From contig OX597817.1 of the NCBI GenBank assembly GCA_951406725.2, positions 55,180,001 to 55,244,000 of the forward strand: a stretch of DNA of 64,000 bases, written 5' to 3'. Positions 24,910-40,891 of the stretch are shown piece by piece; position 1 is the first letter of the stretch, and every line of letters begins with the position of its first letter. The translations under genes and the position numbers were made by a program. A model generated the notes under the pieces. The model saw only the letters and a program-made list of their open reading frames with translations, did no database searches and was not told the origin of the DNA. This stretch comes from Octopus vulgaris. Lineage: Eukaryota.

Positions 24910-25379
24910 AGTATTGGAGAATGTATCTCTAGATGCCTGATAAAAGGCGGGATGGTCGCAACAGGAAGGCTTTTCATCGTACATCTTCTCAACCAAGACA
25001 GACAATAACAACCATCAAAGTATTGTACTGGGGGTTGAATGGATGTCATAAAACTAAAATATAAAGATGAAAATAATGCGAAACCGTCACCGAAATTGAC
25101 GTCTATGGAATATTCTGGCAATGATATTCAATAAGAAGTGATGAATTACAGAGTCGACATTAATAATTCTTTCTCTGTTAGACTTCCAAAATACATTAAT
25201 GTAGACGAAGAGGCGGAGGAGGAGGAAGAGGTGGAACAGCCGGGGCGGGAAGACCAGGAAGATAGAAAAGAGGTGGAAAAAAGCGTCCAACTATGATGGA
25301 AATTGGTTAAAAAAAAAACAAAAAAAAAGTTTTCCTAAACTCTATAAGAAATAAAACAAGTACAAAAATACCATCACAA

Positions 25380-25581
25380 AACAACGACAACGATAACAGT
25401 AACAACAATAACAACAACAACAACAATAATAGTAATAATATTGATAATAATAATACTAATAGTAATAATAATAAAAGTAATAATAATAATAATAATAATA
25501 ATAATAGTAATAATAATAATAATAATAATGATAATAATAATAATTTTAATAATAATAATAATGATAATAATAATAATAATA

Positions 25582-25644
<63 letters not shown>

Positions 25645-25650
25645 AATAAT

Positions 25651-25690
<40 letters not shown>
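25380..25690. repeat. Compound (AAC)/(AAT)/(GAT) microsatellite
   Basis: Direct inspection. Confidence 0.95.
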
Positions 25691-26737
25691 TTTTCTTTTC
25701 CTTTTTGCTGCATCAATTGTGTTTCGTCTGTTTATTAAATCTGCAACTTGCACAGCTGCAGCGCATATGGGAGTGTGGAATGATCTGGATATCGAAGAAT
25801 ATTAGATATTGATTCGTGTTAGTTCTTTTGAATCAATATCTTGTATATTCTTAGTCTTCGTACATTTTAGTGTAGACTTTTACTCAAGCCATTCTAACAC
25901 GTGTCGCTTATTGATTGATATCGGAAGATATCATATACGAAGGAACAGAAAGTAATATAGTTTTTTTTTTATATTCCTACAGATTCGAGGTTTTTTTCTC
26001 AATTTTTTTTCTTCTTATTTTTATTTCATTCATTCTTAGTCTTTTTAATTTATTATTCTGTGTAATAAAAATCAAAGTTGTTCACATTTGATTGAAGCAC
26101 TAATAAGTTTTTTTTTTTATTCATTTTATTTTCGTTTCACCTTTCATTTTATGTTCATTCTAAAGCCAACTTCCAGTTATTCTCATCTTGATTAGCTCTT
26201 AAAAGTCTTCTTAAAGTATAACCCCAGGTGAAACGGCAGACATCAGATAGTGGTTGGTTGTAAATAAATATTGTAATATATAATCAATGAGGGCGAGAAG
26301 CAACAGACATGATACGAAACAGCTTATGTTATGTCGATAGAGATGTACAATAAAAGCATTGAAAATTGCTAACCGTTTTTTTTCGCTTTCCTTTTTAACA
26401 AATTCATAGTACCACTGATGTTCGATATCTTTCTCAGCACAACCTGGTATCCATTATATTGATAGAGTTCAGTGGTGATATAGACATATATTGATATGTT
26501 GATAAATTCCCTACAGGGAATATTTTACGCGATACAACAAACTGCTAGAAATAGCTGCTCGATCTCTCTCAAATCATACCCCATAACAAAAGGTTTTCTG
26601 TAGGTGCTACGAGAGCATAGAAGGGTATGCTACACAGTGGTTAGGGTGTGGGTCAGTTTTGTTTTAAATGAATATATTTCGTAGACAAAGGGATGCAGAG
26701 TGTAAGAAAACCTCTTCAAACTTAAAATACTAAATAC

Positions 26738-26970
26738 TTATTTCTTTATTGCCCACAAGGGGCTAAACATAGAGGGGACAAAGAAGGACAGAGAGAGGGA
26801 TTAAGTCAATTATATCGACCCCAGTACGTAACTGGAACTTATTTAATCGACCCCGAAAGGATGAAAGGAAAAGTCGACCCCGGCGGAATTTGAACTCAGA
26901 ACGCAGCGGCAGACGAAATACAGCAAAGCATTTCGTCCGGCGTGCTAAAGTTTCTGCCAGCTCGCCGGCT
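26738..26970 (-). mobile_element. SINE family B
   Basis: Family match; imperfect TSD CTTAAAATA.T.AATACT. Confidence 0.9.
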
Positions 26971-27394
26971 TAAAATATTTAATACTGGTGTTTAAATAAA
27001 ACAAGGATGTAGGGTACCATAATCATAAAGGGACAAACTTACGAAGCCATAGAAATATAGGGAACTGTCGTAGGGCTAAAACAATTGTGTCGTAGGGCTA
27101 AAACAATTGTATCCTTTAGTGAAAAGGTAAATTATTGGTATATCATTTTGATACAAGGATTGCAATTTCGGGAGGATCAAATCGATTGCATCGACACCAG
27201 TACTGAATTGGTACTCATTTTTATGGACCCCGAATGGATGAAACGCAAAGTCGACCTAAGTCGCAACTAGTACTTAGAAAGTAAAAACGGACGAAATGCC
27301 GCTAAACATTTTGTCCGTCATGCCAACGTTTCTGTTTGCTCGGTGCTTTATGAAAAGGTAAAATTATTGACATGAAGGATATTATGCTCATTTA

Positions 27395-27581
27395 CTCTCT
27401 CTTTTACTTGTTTCAGACACGTTACTCCGGCCATGCAAATCGACCCCATGACTTATTCTTTGTAAGCCTGGTACTTATTCTATCGGTGTCTTTTGCTGAA
27501 CCGCTAAGTTACGGGACATAAACACACCAGCATCGGTTGTCAAGCGTTGTTGCAGGGACAAACACAAACATACAAACATAT

Positions 27582-27656
<75 letters not shown>

Positions 27657-27795
27657 GTCCCCAAAAAATGTATACACATAGTGGTTCGGCAAAAGAGAAC
27701 GATAGAATAAGTACTAGGCTTACGAATAACAAATTTACAATTATTTAAGGTGTGTATCCGTCTACCTGTATATATATATATAATATATATATATA

Positions 27796-27865
<70 letters not shown>

Positions 27866-27995
27866 TACGACGGGCTTCTTTCAGCTTCCGTCTATCAATT
27901 CCACTCACAAAGCTATAGTAGAAGACTATAGTGGCACTGACCCGGAACCATGTGGTTGGTAAGCAAGCTACTTACTAGACAGCTACTCCTACGCC
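27395..27995 (-). mobile_element. SINE family A with expanded internal TA tract containing an inverted SINE fragment
   Basis: 3' half 27395-27590, 5' half 27866-27995; GGTTCGGCAAAAGAGAACGATAGAATAAGTACTAGGCTTAC at ~27683-27723 in the opposite orientation. Confidence 0.75.
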
Positions 27996-28754
27996 ATTTC
28001 TACAAAAATTGGAAATGGCTTGGCGAAGTGAATAATAATGAACGAGCGAGAATGACAGGGTTTCGAATCCTGTCCCTAGCACCTTACGGAAATACCAAAC
28101 GTTCAAACGAAGGCATCTTCCTCTGCGACTGTTTTTGCCTCAAATATCACACTAGCATATAATTAAAAATGTAATGTTAGAAGAGAAGAATAATCTATTG
28201 GCAATGCAGTATTTAATAAAGTATACCTTATCTGCTAAACAGAGCAGCCAAAAATTCCTTCAACACCCTCTCTAGCGTTTTACATCCTAAGAAAGGATAA
28301 AGATATAATCATCCGCGAATCGATGTAACCCCTACAATCTCTGAAGATTTTTGAAGTGCCGTTCGGTCACTGATTCGTTAAAACTACGGCACTTACTTCA
28401 CACTGGTTGTGTGCCCTGTCAATCTCAATGCTTAGTTTTGCCAGCAGGGTTTAGTGGAGTGACGTGAATTTTACGAATCCGGGGCAGGTAACTGCACCTA
28501 CGACGCTTTGATGGGGACCCCAGCTGCCCAAGCACAAAGCCACGTGTGCCTGCAAGCACAGAGAAGGCAAACATATGTGTATAACAGGGAAATTTGAACT
28601 CACTATCCCGGAACACTTATTCAGGTATTTAACCAACTATTTTTACATACATATTAATAGACATACGTATATATTCACGCCATGATAGAACGTTAGCTAC
28701 TACACGCATTTTTTTCTCTCCTTGTTTCTCTCCTTGTTTTTTTTATCTGTGTCT

Positions 28755-28790
28755 CTTTCTGTGGAAGAGCGTAGGCTCGAAACGTAAAAT
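28755..28790 (+). ncRNA. Hammerhead-like motif with A6U core (second copy 46643-46676)
   Basis: TTT-CTGTGGA-A-GAGC(GTAG)GCTC-GAAA-CG-T-A-AAA; 46643 reads TTT-CTGTTGA-G-GAGC(GTAG)GCTC-GAAA-TG-T-A-AAA. Confidence 0.5.
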
Positions 28791-28877
28791 ACTTTTTCTA
28801 TTCATGAGCGCTATACTAATACATCTGGTTGTTCGTATTTCAGCTGGCTTCGTCTTTTGTTTATTTTCGTAAACTAT

Positions 28878-29377
<500 letters not shown>

Positions 29378-29453
29378 TATATATATATATATACATACAC
29401 ACATACATATATATATATATATATACATACATATATATATATATAACACATTT

Positions 29454-29494
<41 letters not shown>

Positions 29495-29520
29495 GTTTAA
29501 ATATGACCATTCCGAAATAT

Positions 29521-29558
<38 letters not shown>

Positions 29559-29768
29559 TACCACATATATCACATATATGTGTGTGGGTGTGCGTGTGCA
29601 CGTTTGTGTATCGTTTCCAGAAAACTTACATGTTAATTCAATATCTTTTTAATTAGCTCTATCTGAGGATACCAAGGATTATTTTGCATTTTAAGCATTC
29701 GTATACGATAGTATTCTGTATATTTTGTATTAAATTAAATATGTATACGTAATATACGCCTGCACACA

Positions 29769-29815
<47 letters not shown>

Positions 29816-30469
29816 ACAAACACCTCTATGTATATATGTATATATGTATTTTTGTATATGAAGATATATACCCTCGCACGTACAATAGTTTATCTACATA
29901 AATGTGTCGGAAGATACATTCTTCAGTATACACACATGTATTTACATATGTGACCATGTATTTCTTAAATACGGCGCACACAGTTTAATGTTGTACGCAC
30001 TTCACGTTTCCCCCTTTATATCTTTACAGCTATTTCCATCTTCCGCATTTAGCATTTGAATCGCTCTAATGCCATCTCACCGATGCTATAAGATATAATT
30101 TAAAGAAGGTCGAAGAAATCGCAATTTTCTGCCACGAAGACTTTTTGCAGTGGATTCTGTTCAAGGGAATCCATTTAAATAATAATCTCAGCTCGTTATT
30201 GAAATCTTTTCTTGGAAATGGAGGTTCTGGCACCCTAATAGACCTTCAATCGAATGTCCGTATGGACAACAACACTTTTACTACTTCATATAATTGTTAG
30301 GTTCACGCCAAAAATCCAAGATGGCTTTCATTTTCTTTTTCTCTTTCATCATCACCGTCGCCGCCGTCGCCATGGTCGTCATCATCATCATCATCATCAT
30401 TTTCTTCTTCATCATCATCGTCATCAACGTCACTGCATTGTTGTAATTCTTCTCTTTTCTCTTTGGTTT

Positions 30470-30687
30470 CTTCTTCTTCGTCTTCTTCTTCTACTTCTTC
30501 TTTTCTTCTACTTCTTCTTCTTCTTCTACTTCTGCTACTTCTGCTTCTTCTGCTTCTTCTTCTACTTCTTCTTCTTCTTCTTCTTCTGCTTCTTCTTCTT
30601 CTTCTTCTTCTTCTTCTTCTTCTTCTTCTTCTTCTTCTTCTTCTTCTTCTTCTTCTTCTTCTTCTTCTTCTTCTTCTTCTTCTTCTT
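30470..30687. repeat. (CTT)n microsatellite
   Basis: Direct inspection. Confidence 0.95.
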
Positions 30688-31395
30688 TGTTCTTGTCTGT
30701 ATATAAATGGGCCTCTAGTAAAGAATCACAAAGTATCGTTAGTGAGTTTCTGACTGAAATGAAGAAACATAATCACATTTCTATTTCGAAATCAGACGAA
30801 AGCCGAAGCATCTCTAAATACGGAAAATATCATTTAACGCCCTTTTTTTTTCCTTTACCTTGTACAATTCTTTATTCGCTTAACAGTTCGAATTTGACAC
30901 ACCAATCTCTATGCAATCTTTTACATTTTCTTATACATTTTCCCATTATTATTCCCCAGTCTACAATGAAGGTTGTTCTTAGATTATGAGGTCGTAATAA
31001 CAATGAAACCTATTCAAAATTGTTTCCCGTACTTGCCAACATAATTTTTAAAATATTCTGTTCTACTTTAGGCACAAGGCCCGAAATTTTAGGGGAGGGG
31101 CCCAGTCGATTAGATCGATCAGTATGCAACAGTTACTTAATTTATCGTCCCCGCCATATGGCAGTAATCCCCTGCCATATCGCGGTTCGCCTATCACGGT
31201 TTATTATTTAACCTTTCGCCTGCCTATTCCTCTGTGGTGTTGTTTTGCATCTATATTAAAACATGGATATACAAATAATAAAAATGATTTAAAAAAATAT
31301 GCAATACAATATAGAGGCTGTTAGAACAACTACGGTGCTAGAAATAAGAGCTAAAGCGGTCTGATGCTGCAGAAATAATATCTAAAGTATCTATG

Positions 31396-32945
<1,550 letters not shown>

Positions 32946-32949
<4 letters not shown>

Positions 32950-33067
32950 GGTCCCGGTTGAGTCGGTACTCAATACATAGCAGAGTAAATTTATTTATTT
33001 TATAGAGGGAGCTTCTGATGATTTCTTTTGAATGAAACAGTTCTAGTCCTGTAGAAGCTCCCTCTAT

Positions 33068-33115
<48 letters not shown>

Positions 33116-33305
33116 TCCCGGGTTGATACGGGGTTAACCACAGTAAGTAAGGTACTCAATACATAGCAGAGTAAAATTAATTTATTATATAGAAGGAGCT
33201 TCTACAGGACTAGTACTGTTTCATTCAAGAGAAATCTTCAGGAAGCTTCCTGAAGATTTCTCTTGAATGAAACAGTTCTAGTCCTGTAGAAGCTCCTTCT
33301 ATATA

Positions 33306-33311
<6 letters not shown>
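32946..33311. mobile_element. Two adjacent copies of a short HHR foldback family (32946-33072; 33109-33311); third truncated copy at 40225-40330
   Basis: Shared left end ATGTAGGTCCCGG..GGTACTCAATACAT and right end GTAGAAGCTCC.TCTATA; 132-bp palindrome 33180-33311. Confidence 0.85.
33244..33294 (+). ncRNA. Hammerhead ribozyme (mirror copy 33197-33247, minus; related copy 33001-33068, plus)
   Basis: AGCTTC-CTGAAGA-TTTC(TCTT)GAAT-GAAA-CAG(TTCTAGTC)CTG-T-A-GAAGCT; 33015 copy has CTGATGA. Confidence 0.8.
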
Positions 33312-33375
<64 letters not shown>

Positions 33376-33542
33376 TATTCAAAGGAATTCCAACTCTGTC
33401 TGTTTTTTTTATGTTTTATTTATATTCTTTATAATATTAATGTAGAATATATAATATATAGTATAAATAGTATATATAGTGAAATGAAATGAGGTATTGG
33501 TTGTCTTATTGAATAGATGAAATATTGAATATCAAATATTAA

Positions 33543-33586
33543 GGAACTAGTATACTTTCTTACATTAAAGCAGTCTTCAAGGTCCC
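33543..33586 (-). ncRNA. Decayed hammerhead-like motif
   Basis: GGGAC-CTTGAAGA-CTGC(TTTAAT)GTAA-GAAA-GTATAC-T-A-GTTCC. Confidence 0.5.
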
Positions 33587-33612
33587 AGGTTGTGACAGGA
33601 GTGTTTCAACTG

Positions 33613-33663
<51 letters not shown>

Positions 33664-33856
33664 CTGTGTTTATATGTATGAATATAACATTTCTTGCCAA
33701 TGGACCTTTCCTCTCTCTTCTTGCTTAAATTGCTACACCACCCCTCTCGTTTTATCCGTTTTAACCTGAGTCCCAACCTAATTCATTTGCTGTGTAAGTC
33801 CTTTGAATTTTCTTGTTTCTATTTCTATTTTCGATTTGCTTATATGCACACCTTAC

Positions 33857-34237
33857 GTTTTTAGACAAATTATGGTCGACGTGAGGCTAAGTAGTAACAC
33901 TATAAAAGCAGCAACGACTATGGCAAATGATAAGATGCAACATTTAGACCTTGACTGGATGGGATCCATGAATGGTGTCGATTGAAATTTAGTGACTTGG
34001 ATCACCAGTCGACATTTAAAGCTTGGTGTGTTGGTACACTTTGATGTTTTGAAGTTTTTTGTATGTTTGCTCGTGATTAACTTTTTAATAAACTTTGGTA
34101 CTCCTTGATTTGTCAGATACACAGAACTTCTAGAAAATCCACTCACCTCTGGTGACGATATAAATGACGTCTTTTCGTACTTTTTCTTTGGAAGAAGCCA
34201 TAGTAAGAGCAAAGGAAGTCAGTGCTATTGTAGAGGC
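33857..34237 (-). other. Candidate host exon encoding a hydrophobic signal-anchor-like segment
   Basis: Non-repetitive; TTTCAG acceptor near 34238; MDPIQSRSKCCILSFAIVVAAFIVLLLSLTSTIICLK followed by AC|GTAAGG donor. Confidence 0.3.
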
Positions 34238-34892
34238 TGAAACATCAATTACAAACTGAAGTTGGTTTCTTGTGTTGTGCGTTTAATTACTTAAAATATT
34301 GAGATTGAAAGAGAGACAGATGGAGGTAGAGATAGAGAGATAGAGAGAGGGCGAGAGAGAGAGAGAGAGTTAGAAATAATAAGAAACTGGTTCCAGATCT
34401 CGGAAAGAAACCTGACAAATTCTAGTTGAATTGTTGTTCTCCGAGCAGCGACTCTTGAGAACAGACAATAGTAATGTGTTAATGCAGTGTGGAGCAGCAA
34501 GATATGAGATGAATGTTAAGAGATTTTGACAATTATAATGAAGGAGAAATAGTAGATTTAACGATATCCTTGAGGAGATAAATGGGAGAAATTAAGAGAT
34601 ACGTTCTTATTAGAACCAATAAATAACAACAAAACAAATAAACACAGAAATGAAAATAAAACAAATTATTATATTGTGGCATGTGTAAACACCGAGAGAA
34701 TACAGAAAACAGCTTATTTTCGCTTTAATATGATGCCATGGTATCACCTTTAATTCATCAATTTTAACACGAATATGCTTGACTGAAGTTCAGGTATGTT
34801 GTAGTTTCATCTTATATACAAAGATGCATACGTAAATATATATATATATATATATATACAAATATATATGTACACAAACATATGTATATATT

Positions 34893-34924
<32 letters not shown>

Positions 34925-35038
34925 CTTATATATACTTATATATATGCCCTTATATATATAAGTATATATATATACCTATATATATACTAATATATATATA
35001 TATAAGTATATATATATATATGCGCATATATATACATA

Positions 35039-35069
<31 letters not shown>

Positions 35070-35778
35070 GTGAATATGTATATAAATAAATATATATATA
35101 TACATATATATATATACAGATATAAATATAGATATATTGTAAATATATATATTGTATATACATAGTATATATATATATATGTGTGTGTATATATATATGT
35201 ATGTATGTATGTATGTGTGTATATAAATATACATATCCATCCTTCTCTAATTCCCTTTTACTTCTCCTCCCTCCATCACCGCTTTCTCTTTTTTCTCTCT
35301 CTCTATCTCTCTCTTTCTTTGCTCACACGCGACCATCGTGCCTCTTTCTTTTCCTCACGTTACCATCCTTCTTTTCCTCCACGTATGTTTAAACAAGTGG
35401 ACGTGCTTTCTCTCTTTTTCTGTCTTTTCTTTTTTGAAAGAAAAAAACGTTTCTTCCAGCGTTCACTATTTTCCTCATGTTCGGGTCTAACAACCATCCA
35501 TATTTGCTTTCGTTCGATTCCGTGAATGCCGCCACTTTAATTTTTTGGTTCCCAACTTTGACTCTCCAAAAATCCTAAAATTTATTTTATAATTCATGGG
35601 AGCAACTGTCTTTGATGACTCATGCCTTTGAATCCTCGAAATGAAGAGTAGATAGACAGCCGACAAGTGATGAAGGGTCCTTTCTCTGCGTTAACTTGTC
35701 CTGTTTTCTAGTTTGCTTTCGTTATTTACGTATTTCATGATATTTGCACCGATGGTGACGTCGTGTAAACATATATGC

Positions 35779-35832
<54 letters not shown>

Positions 35833-35835
<3 letters not shown>

Positions 35836-35988
35836 TGGCTGTGTGCTGAGTAGCTTGCTTGCCAACCACAAGGTTCCAAGTTCAGGCCCACTGCGTGACA
35901 CCGTGGGCAAGCGTCTTCTAATATAGCCTCAGGCCAACCAAATACTTGTGAGTGGATTTGTTAGACGGAAACTGGGAGAAGCCCGTCG

Positions 35989-35990
<2 letters not shown>
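35833..35990 (+). mobile_element. SINE family A 5' half (similar heads at 2745-2905 +, 42368-42530 +, 50545-50700 -)
   Basis: Family match ending at the internal TA tract. Confidence 0.75.
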
Positions 35991-36037
<47 letters not shown>

Positions 36038-36060
36038 TATTTATAATACACACACAAGAC

Positions 36061-36131
<71 letters not shown>

Positions 36132-36234
36132 TGTGTACTTGGAAGGAAAAGAAGAAAATGGAGACATTGACATATAGACATCTATATGTCAATTTATCGA
36201 AACAAATGCAATTTCAGACAATATCAAACTCATT

Positions 36235-36337
36235 GAACCTACAATTGTTTCGACGTCTAATCAACTGATTCAAATTTGAAAAGTTGAATTAAAGATTCAT
36301 ATTGAATGATAGTTGTTTGAATATTTCGTCAGGGTCC
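36235..36337 (-). ncRNA. Hammerhead ribozyme with extended helix II
   Basis: GGACC-CTGACGA-(~75 nt)-GAAA-CAATTG-T-A-GGTTC; helix I pairs with one G-U; base of helix II decayed. Confidence 0.65.
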
Positions 36338-37134
36338 GAACCTGGCAGAAAAAAGAACTACATCCCAATGTGTCGCTATGTCATTGGTAGACTCAGCTTT
36401 AAATTCAGATATGTGCGCTTGTGCATTCTGACGTATTTAGAAAGAACCGTTTGTGATATCACATATAAATTGAAATTTAAGCGTTTGAATTTAAATTTTC
36501 GCGACCTCACTAGTACGTTTCGCAACCCCACTTGCGGTCGCGACCCATATTTTAAGAAGCGCTGGACTACAGCTAAAAATTGTCTCCATGACAAAACACA
36601 GTGAATGGCTTGTTCCCCAGTTCGAACGTGCCTTAAGCACATTTGAACTGGTAATAACATTGCATTTATACTTATCACTGCTTAGTGCTCTCACTCCGCA
36701 ATTCAAGAAATTGTATAGTTTGGAAACATGTCATATGCAAACCTTATAAATATCACCAATTATGAATGGCTTTGTTAAATCTACAATTCAAATTTCTATG
36801 ATCCCATTCTTTAAAATTCAGAGACGCCGTAAGCATTTTATAAAAACCACAATCGTAGATATGAAACGTAAAAGTCTTTGTAAATGGTTAAAATCAATTA
36901 TCAAAGAATCACATTGGTGGCATGTAGGATCTTAATTCCTCCATAACCCGTCCTGAGGAATTCATACACACACAAACCACACACACACACAGACATAAAC
37001 CACATACACACACACATGTGTAAATATTCAGTCTAAGTGAAACTTGAAATAAGTTCGTATCACCGACTACTTAAGGGGTATTAAAATTTTGAATACAGAA
37101 CTTTCGATAAGATGTCCAAGTGATCAAGTGTGAG

Positions 37135-37198
<64 letters not shown>

Positions 37199-37289
37199 CG
37201 TACATTTATAGACAATGCATAGCCATATATATATAAACATATATATATATATATATATATGGATATATGCATATATAAACATATATATA

Positions 37290-37341
<52 letters not shown>

Positions 37342-38829
37342 CATCTATATAGTATAATACATCGTTTACTTAAATTCTATATATATATATAGAAACAGAT
37401 ATATATATGCATATATATATATATATATACATATATATAGTATAAATACATCGCTTACTTCAATTCTATATATGAATGTATATATCTATCTATCTATATA
37501 TATTTCTATATACATACATATATTAAAGTACATTTATACACATGCATAGACAGATGTATATATATATATATGCATATATATATATACCTATAGATAATAC
37601 ATCGTCTACTTAAATTCTATATATGCATGTATGTATGCATGTATATATATACTCACACAACTGATAAATATACATTAAAATATACATTTATTAAGACTAT
37701 TATTAAAATATTATAATACTTTTATTTGATTCTCAGTAAAATCGGTTAAATTTCAAGCTCTTTACTCATCTCACAGCAATGGAATTCAAGGAATATGGTA
37801 AACTTTGGACACTGATTATTTAGAATGTATTCCCTTTGGTTTTCCATATTCAACATAGGCGAAATGAAACTCAATAACATGTAGCGTAGATTCCAGCTTT
37901 GTTTCTAGAAACTTCTCCTCCAGCAAATTCAAAACTCTGTCCAACATTCCTGGTCGCTTGTTTATCTGCTTCTGTATTGATCCAACGAGGATCATGTAGA
38001 TTAAGGAAGGATTAGTTCAGTGCAATAACGATTTCCGAAAAACAACAACAACAATAACAGTAGCGATGTAACAACAACAACATCAACAAATATCACGACG
38101 ACGACAACAACAACAATAAAAGCAGGGAACAGCAATCAAACAAATGACAGCGAAAAACAACAAATACAATAAGAATTTCTCACAGAACGAATACAACGAA
38201 GTTCTGACGTTAAAATCTGCTTCTGGCAAGATGGTTCGGGTTTATATTCTCAGGAGATCGATAAAATAGGGATTAAGGGTGTAGTAGAGCACGACGGTCA
38301 ATATTTTTGTAAAGATAAAGGAGCCAGATCAAATCTGTTTAAGTCGGAATGGAAGTCAATGAAAGGTGTATGGCATTAGGATGGGTTTGGTGATAAAATT
38401 CCCGGGGTTAATTCGCCCACACATCCGCCAGCCCTTCCAAATTATTTCACCAGCTCCACCAATCTTAACTGATACGAGGGAAGCAAAATCTCCGCTTTGT
38501 TTCTTTTGGAATAATGGAATAGATGGTACCCTTGAGGCATAAACTAACGTCATTAATTGAAGACTACAGGCTCTGTGTAGCTGAATGGTAAAGATGTTCA
38601 TTCGCAATCGTGATATTCCGGTTTCGATTCTTCTGCATGACTTTCCATACGAATGTCATTTTCTCTGTCTTCGAGCGGCTTCATAATTTGTGTGTACAAT
38701 TGAGTAAATGGAAACTGTAGAGAAGCCTGTTGATTATATTGTACCTGTTATTTGTGGCATACTGTCGTATTGAGACTGATTGAGGGTTACATAAATGGTG
38801 GACGTATATGCAAAATACTCAACCAAATA

Positions 38830-39330
38830 TGAGGTCTGATCAAAAGTATCGGGACTGTTGCTATGTTAAAGGAGATAAAGTACGCAGAATGAAGTCACGT
38901 GGCTCGGATTGCCCTTGAATTCTGTCGCGCATGCAGGGTAAGGTATAGCGTTTTCATTCACTTTCCTTGTATATAGCAATGCTTTGAATTAAAGTGTGTA
39001 GAGAGTGGCCATCTCAAAAAGGCCTGCGCAGGATCTCCTTGACCGTGTCCAAAGAGACTAAGAACCTTTTGGAAACAGTCATAAAAGGTAACGAACCTTG
39101 GGTCTATTGATATGAACCCGCAACGAAGACAAACATCAAATCCCACTTGGCAGGAAGAAGATTTAAAGACGTCAAGGAAATCTAACAAGGGAGCCACTCG
39201 TTATCCAAGAAAAGTAAGTTCCAGGAATGTCTCCATCCGTGGAATCGACGCTGGATAAAGTGCGCGGCTTCAGAATGGGGCACCTTCGAAAAAGATTAAA
39301 TGCCAGTTTGGTATGAGTTTGTAGTTTTCT
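38830..39330 (+). mobile_element. Decayed, internally deleted mariner element
   Basis: TATGAGGTCTGATCAAAAGTATCGGGACT mariner-like end; GNEPWVY*YEPATK resembles GDETWVYxYDPETK. Confidence 0.6.
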
Positions 39331-40093
39331 TTCCACTGATGGCAGAATATATTTTGCCTGGGGACCTCCATTTATTTTAACTTGAAAAGTTTTATCCAGC
39401 AATTTCACCACGAAATAATCTTTACAGAAATACTGATGAACAACTCTCAATACCAGCCAACAAATATCAGAATGAGAAATAGCCCCATGGAGTCATTTAA
39501 GATAAAGCAGTCAAAGGTTTCTCAACAAATTTTAATATCTGATCTTAGCAAATAACGAAATTTCAGGCTGAGTAAAAAGTAAGCAACGTCTTGAACGATG
39601 AAGAATTTGTACCAGATTTTTGCAGAGTTTTGATTTTTTAAGCATTCCTTTTGCAATTGTTTGATAATACAGAAATAGACATTCCCAAATGCATCAATAA
39701 ATTAACATTGATATTCTTTTCACCGTTGTTACAATCATCTGAAACAGAACTGTAGTAGTAGTAGTAGTAGTATTAGTAGTAGTAGTAGTAGTAGTATCTT
39801 GTAGAATTTCTGTAAAATGGTTTCGTCATCTACGTTATGTGAAATTTCGTTCACCACAACATCTATCCTGCTATTAAGGCATAAATACTCACGTGCATAA
39901 ACTAATATATGATATAATATAATATAAAATTGTATAATATATGATAAAATACTATATATATATATACATATATATATACGTATATATATATACATATATA
40001 TGTGTGTATATATATGTGTATATATAATATATATACATATATACATGTATATATATATATATGTGTGTGTATAGTTGTACATACATAAATACA

Positions 40094-40229
<136 letters not shown>

Positions 40230-40332
40230 GGTCCCGGGTTGAGTCGGGGTTAACCACAGTAAATAAGGTACTCAATACATATAAAATATGTGAATGAAAC
40301 AGTTCTAGTCCTGTAGAAGCTCCTTCTATAAA

Positions 40333-40363
<31 letters not shown>

Positions 40364-40859
40364 TAGAAAATGGAAGGGATCAAGAGGTGGTATTCATCAA
40401 CTTTTAGACATTATATTACGTATATTTATTTTAAAAAAATACAATTATAACAATATACATACATGTATAACATATTGCTGTATAAATTAAGGGTAAACAA
40501 CTTGTTACCGTCGCCCATTTATTACATTCAGTAGTGCAATTGCCATGCAATGAAAAAACACTTGTGTATTAATAACTGGATATTCTACCAGCAGTATGTT
40601 GGATAGATATTATCCCTTAGTTGGTTGGATTCACAACCTCTAAATCTCTTGGAATTATACATACACGTGTGTGTGTGTGTGGGGGGGGGGTCTATAACCT
40701 CTGGATATGATGTTGCTTATTTTGATTTTAATCACTTCATATTGAAATTGTATGGCTAATACCGTACTAAATTCTGGTACCTCGACTTAAGTACCATATT
40801 CATCTGAATCTGAATTTTTGCTGAAGTCATCTACCATACTTAAAGTATATATATATATG

Positions 40860-40891
<32 letters not shown>

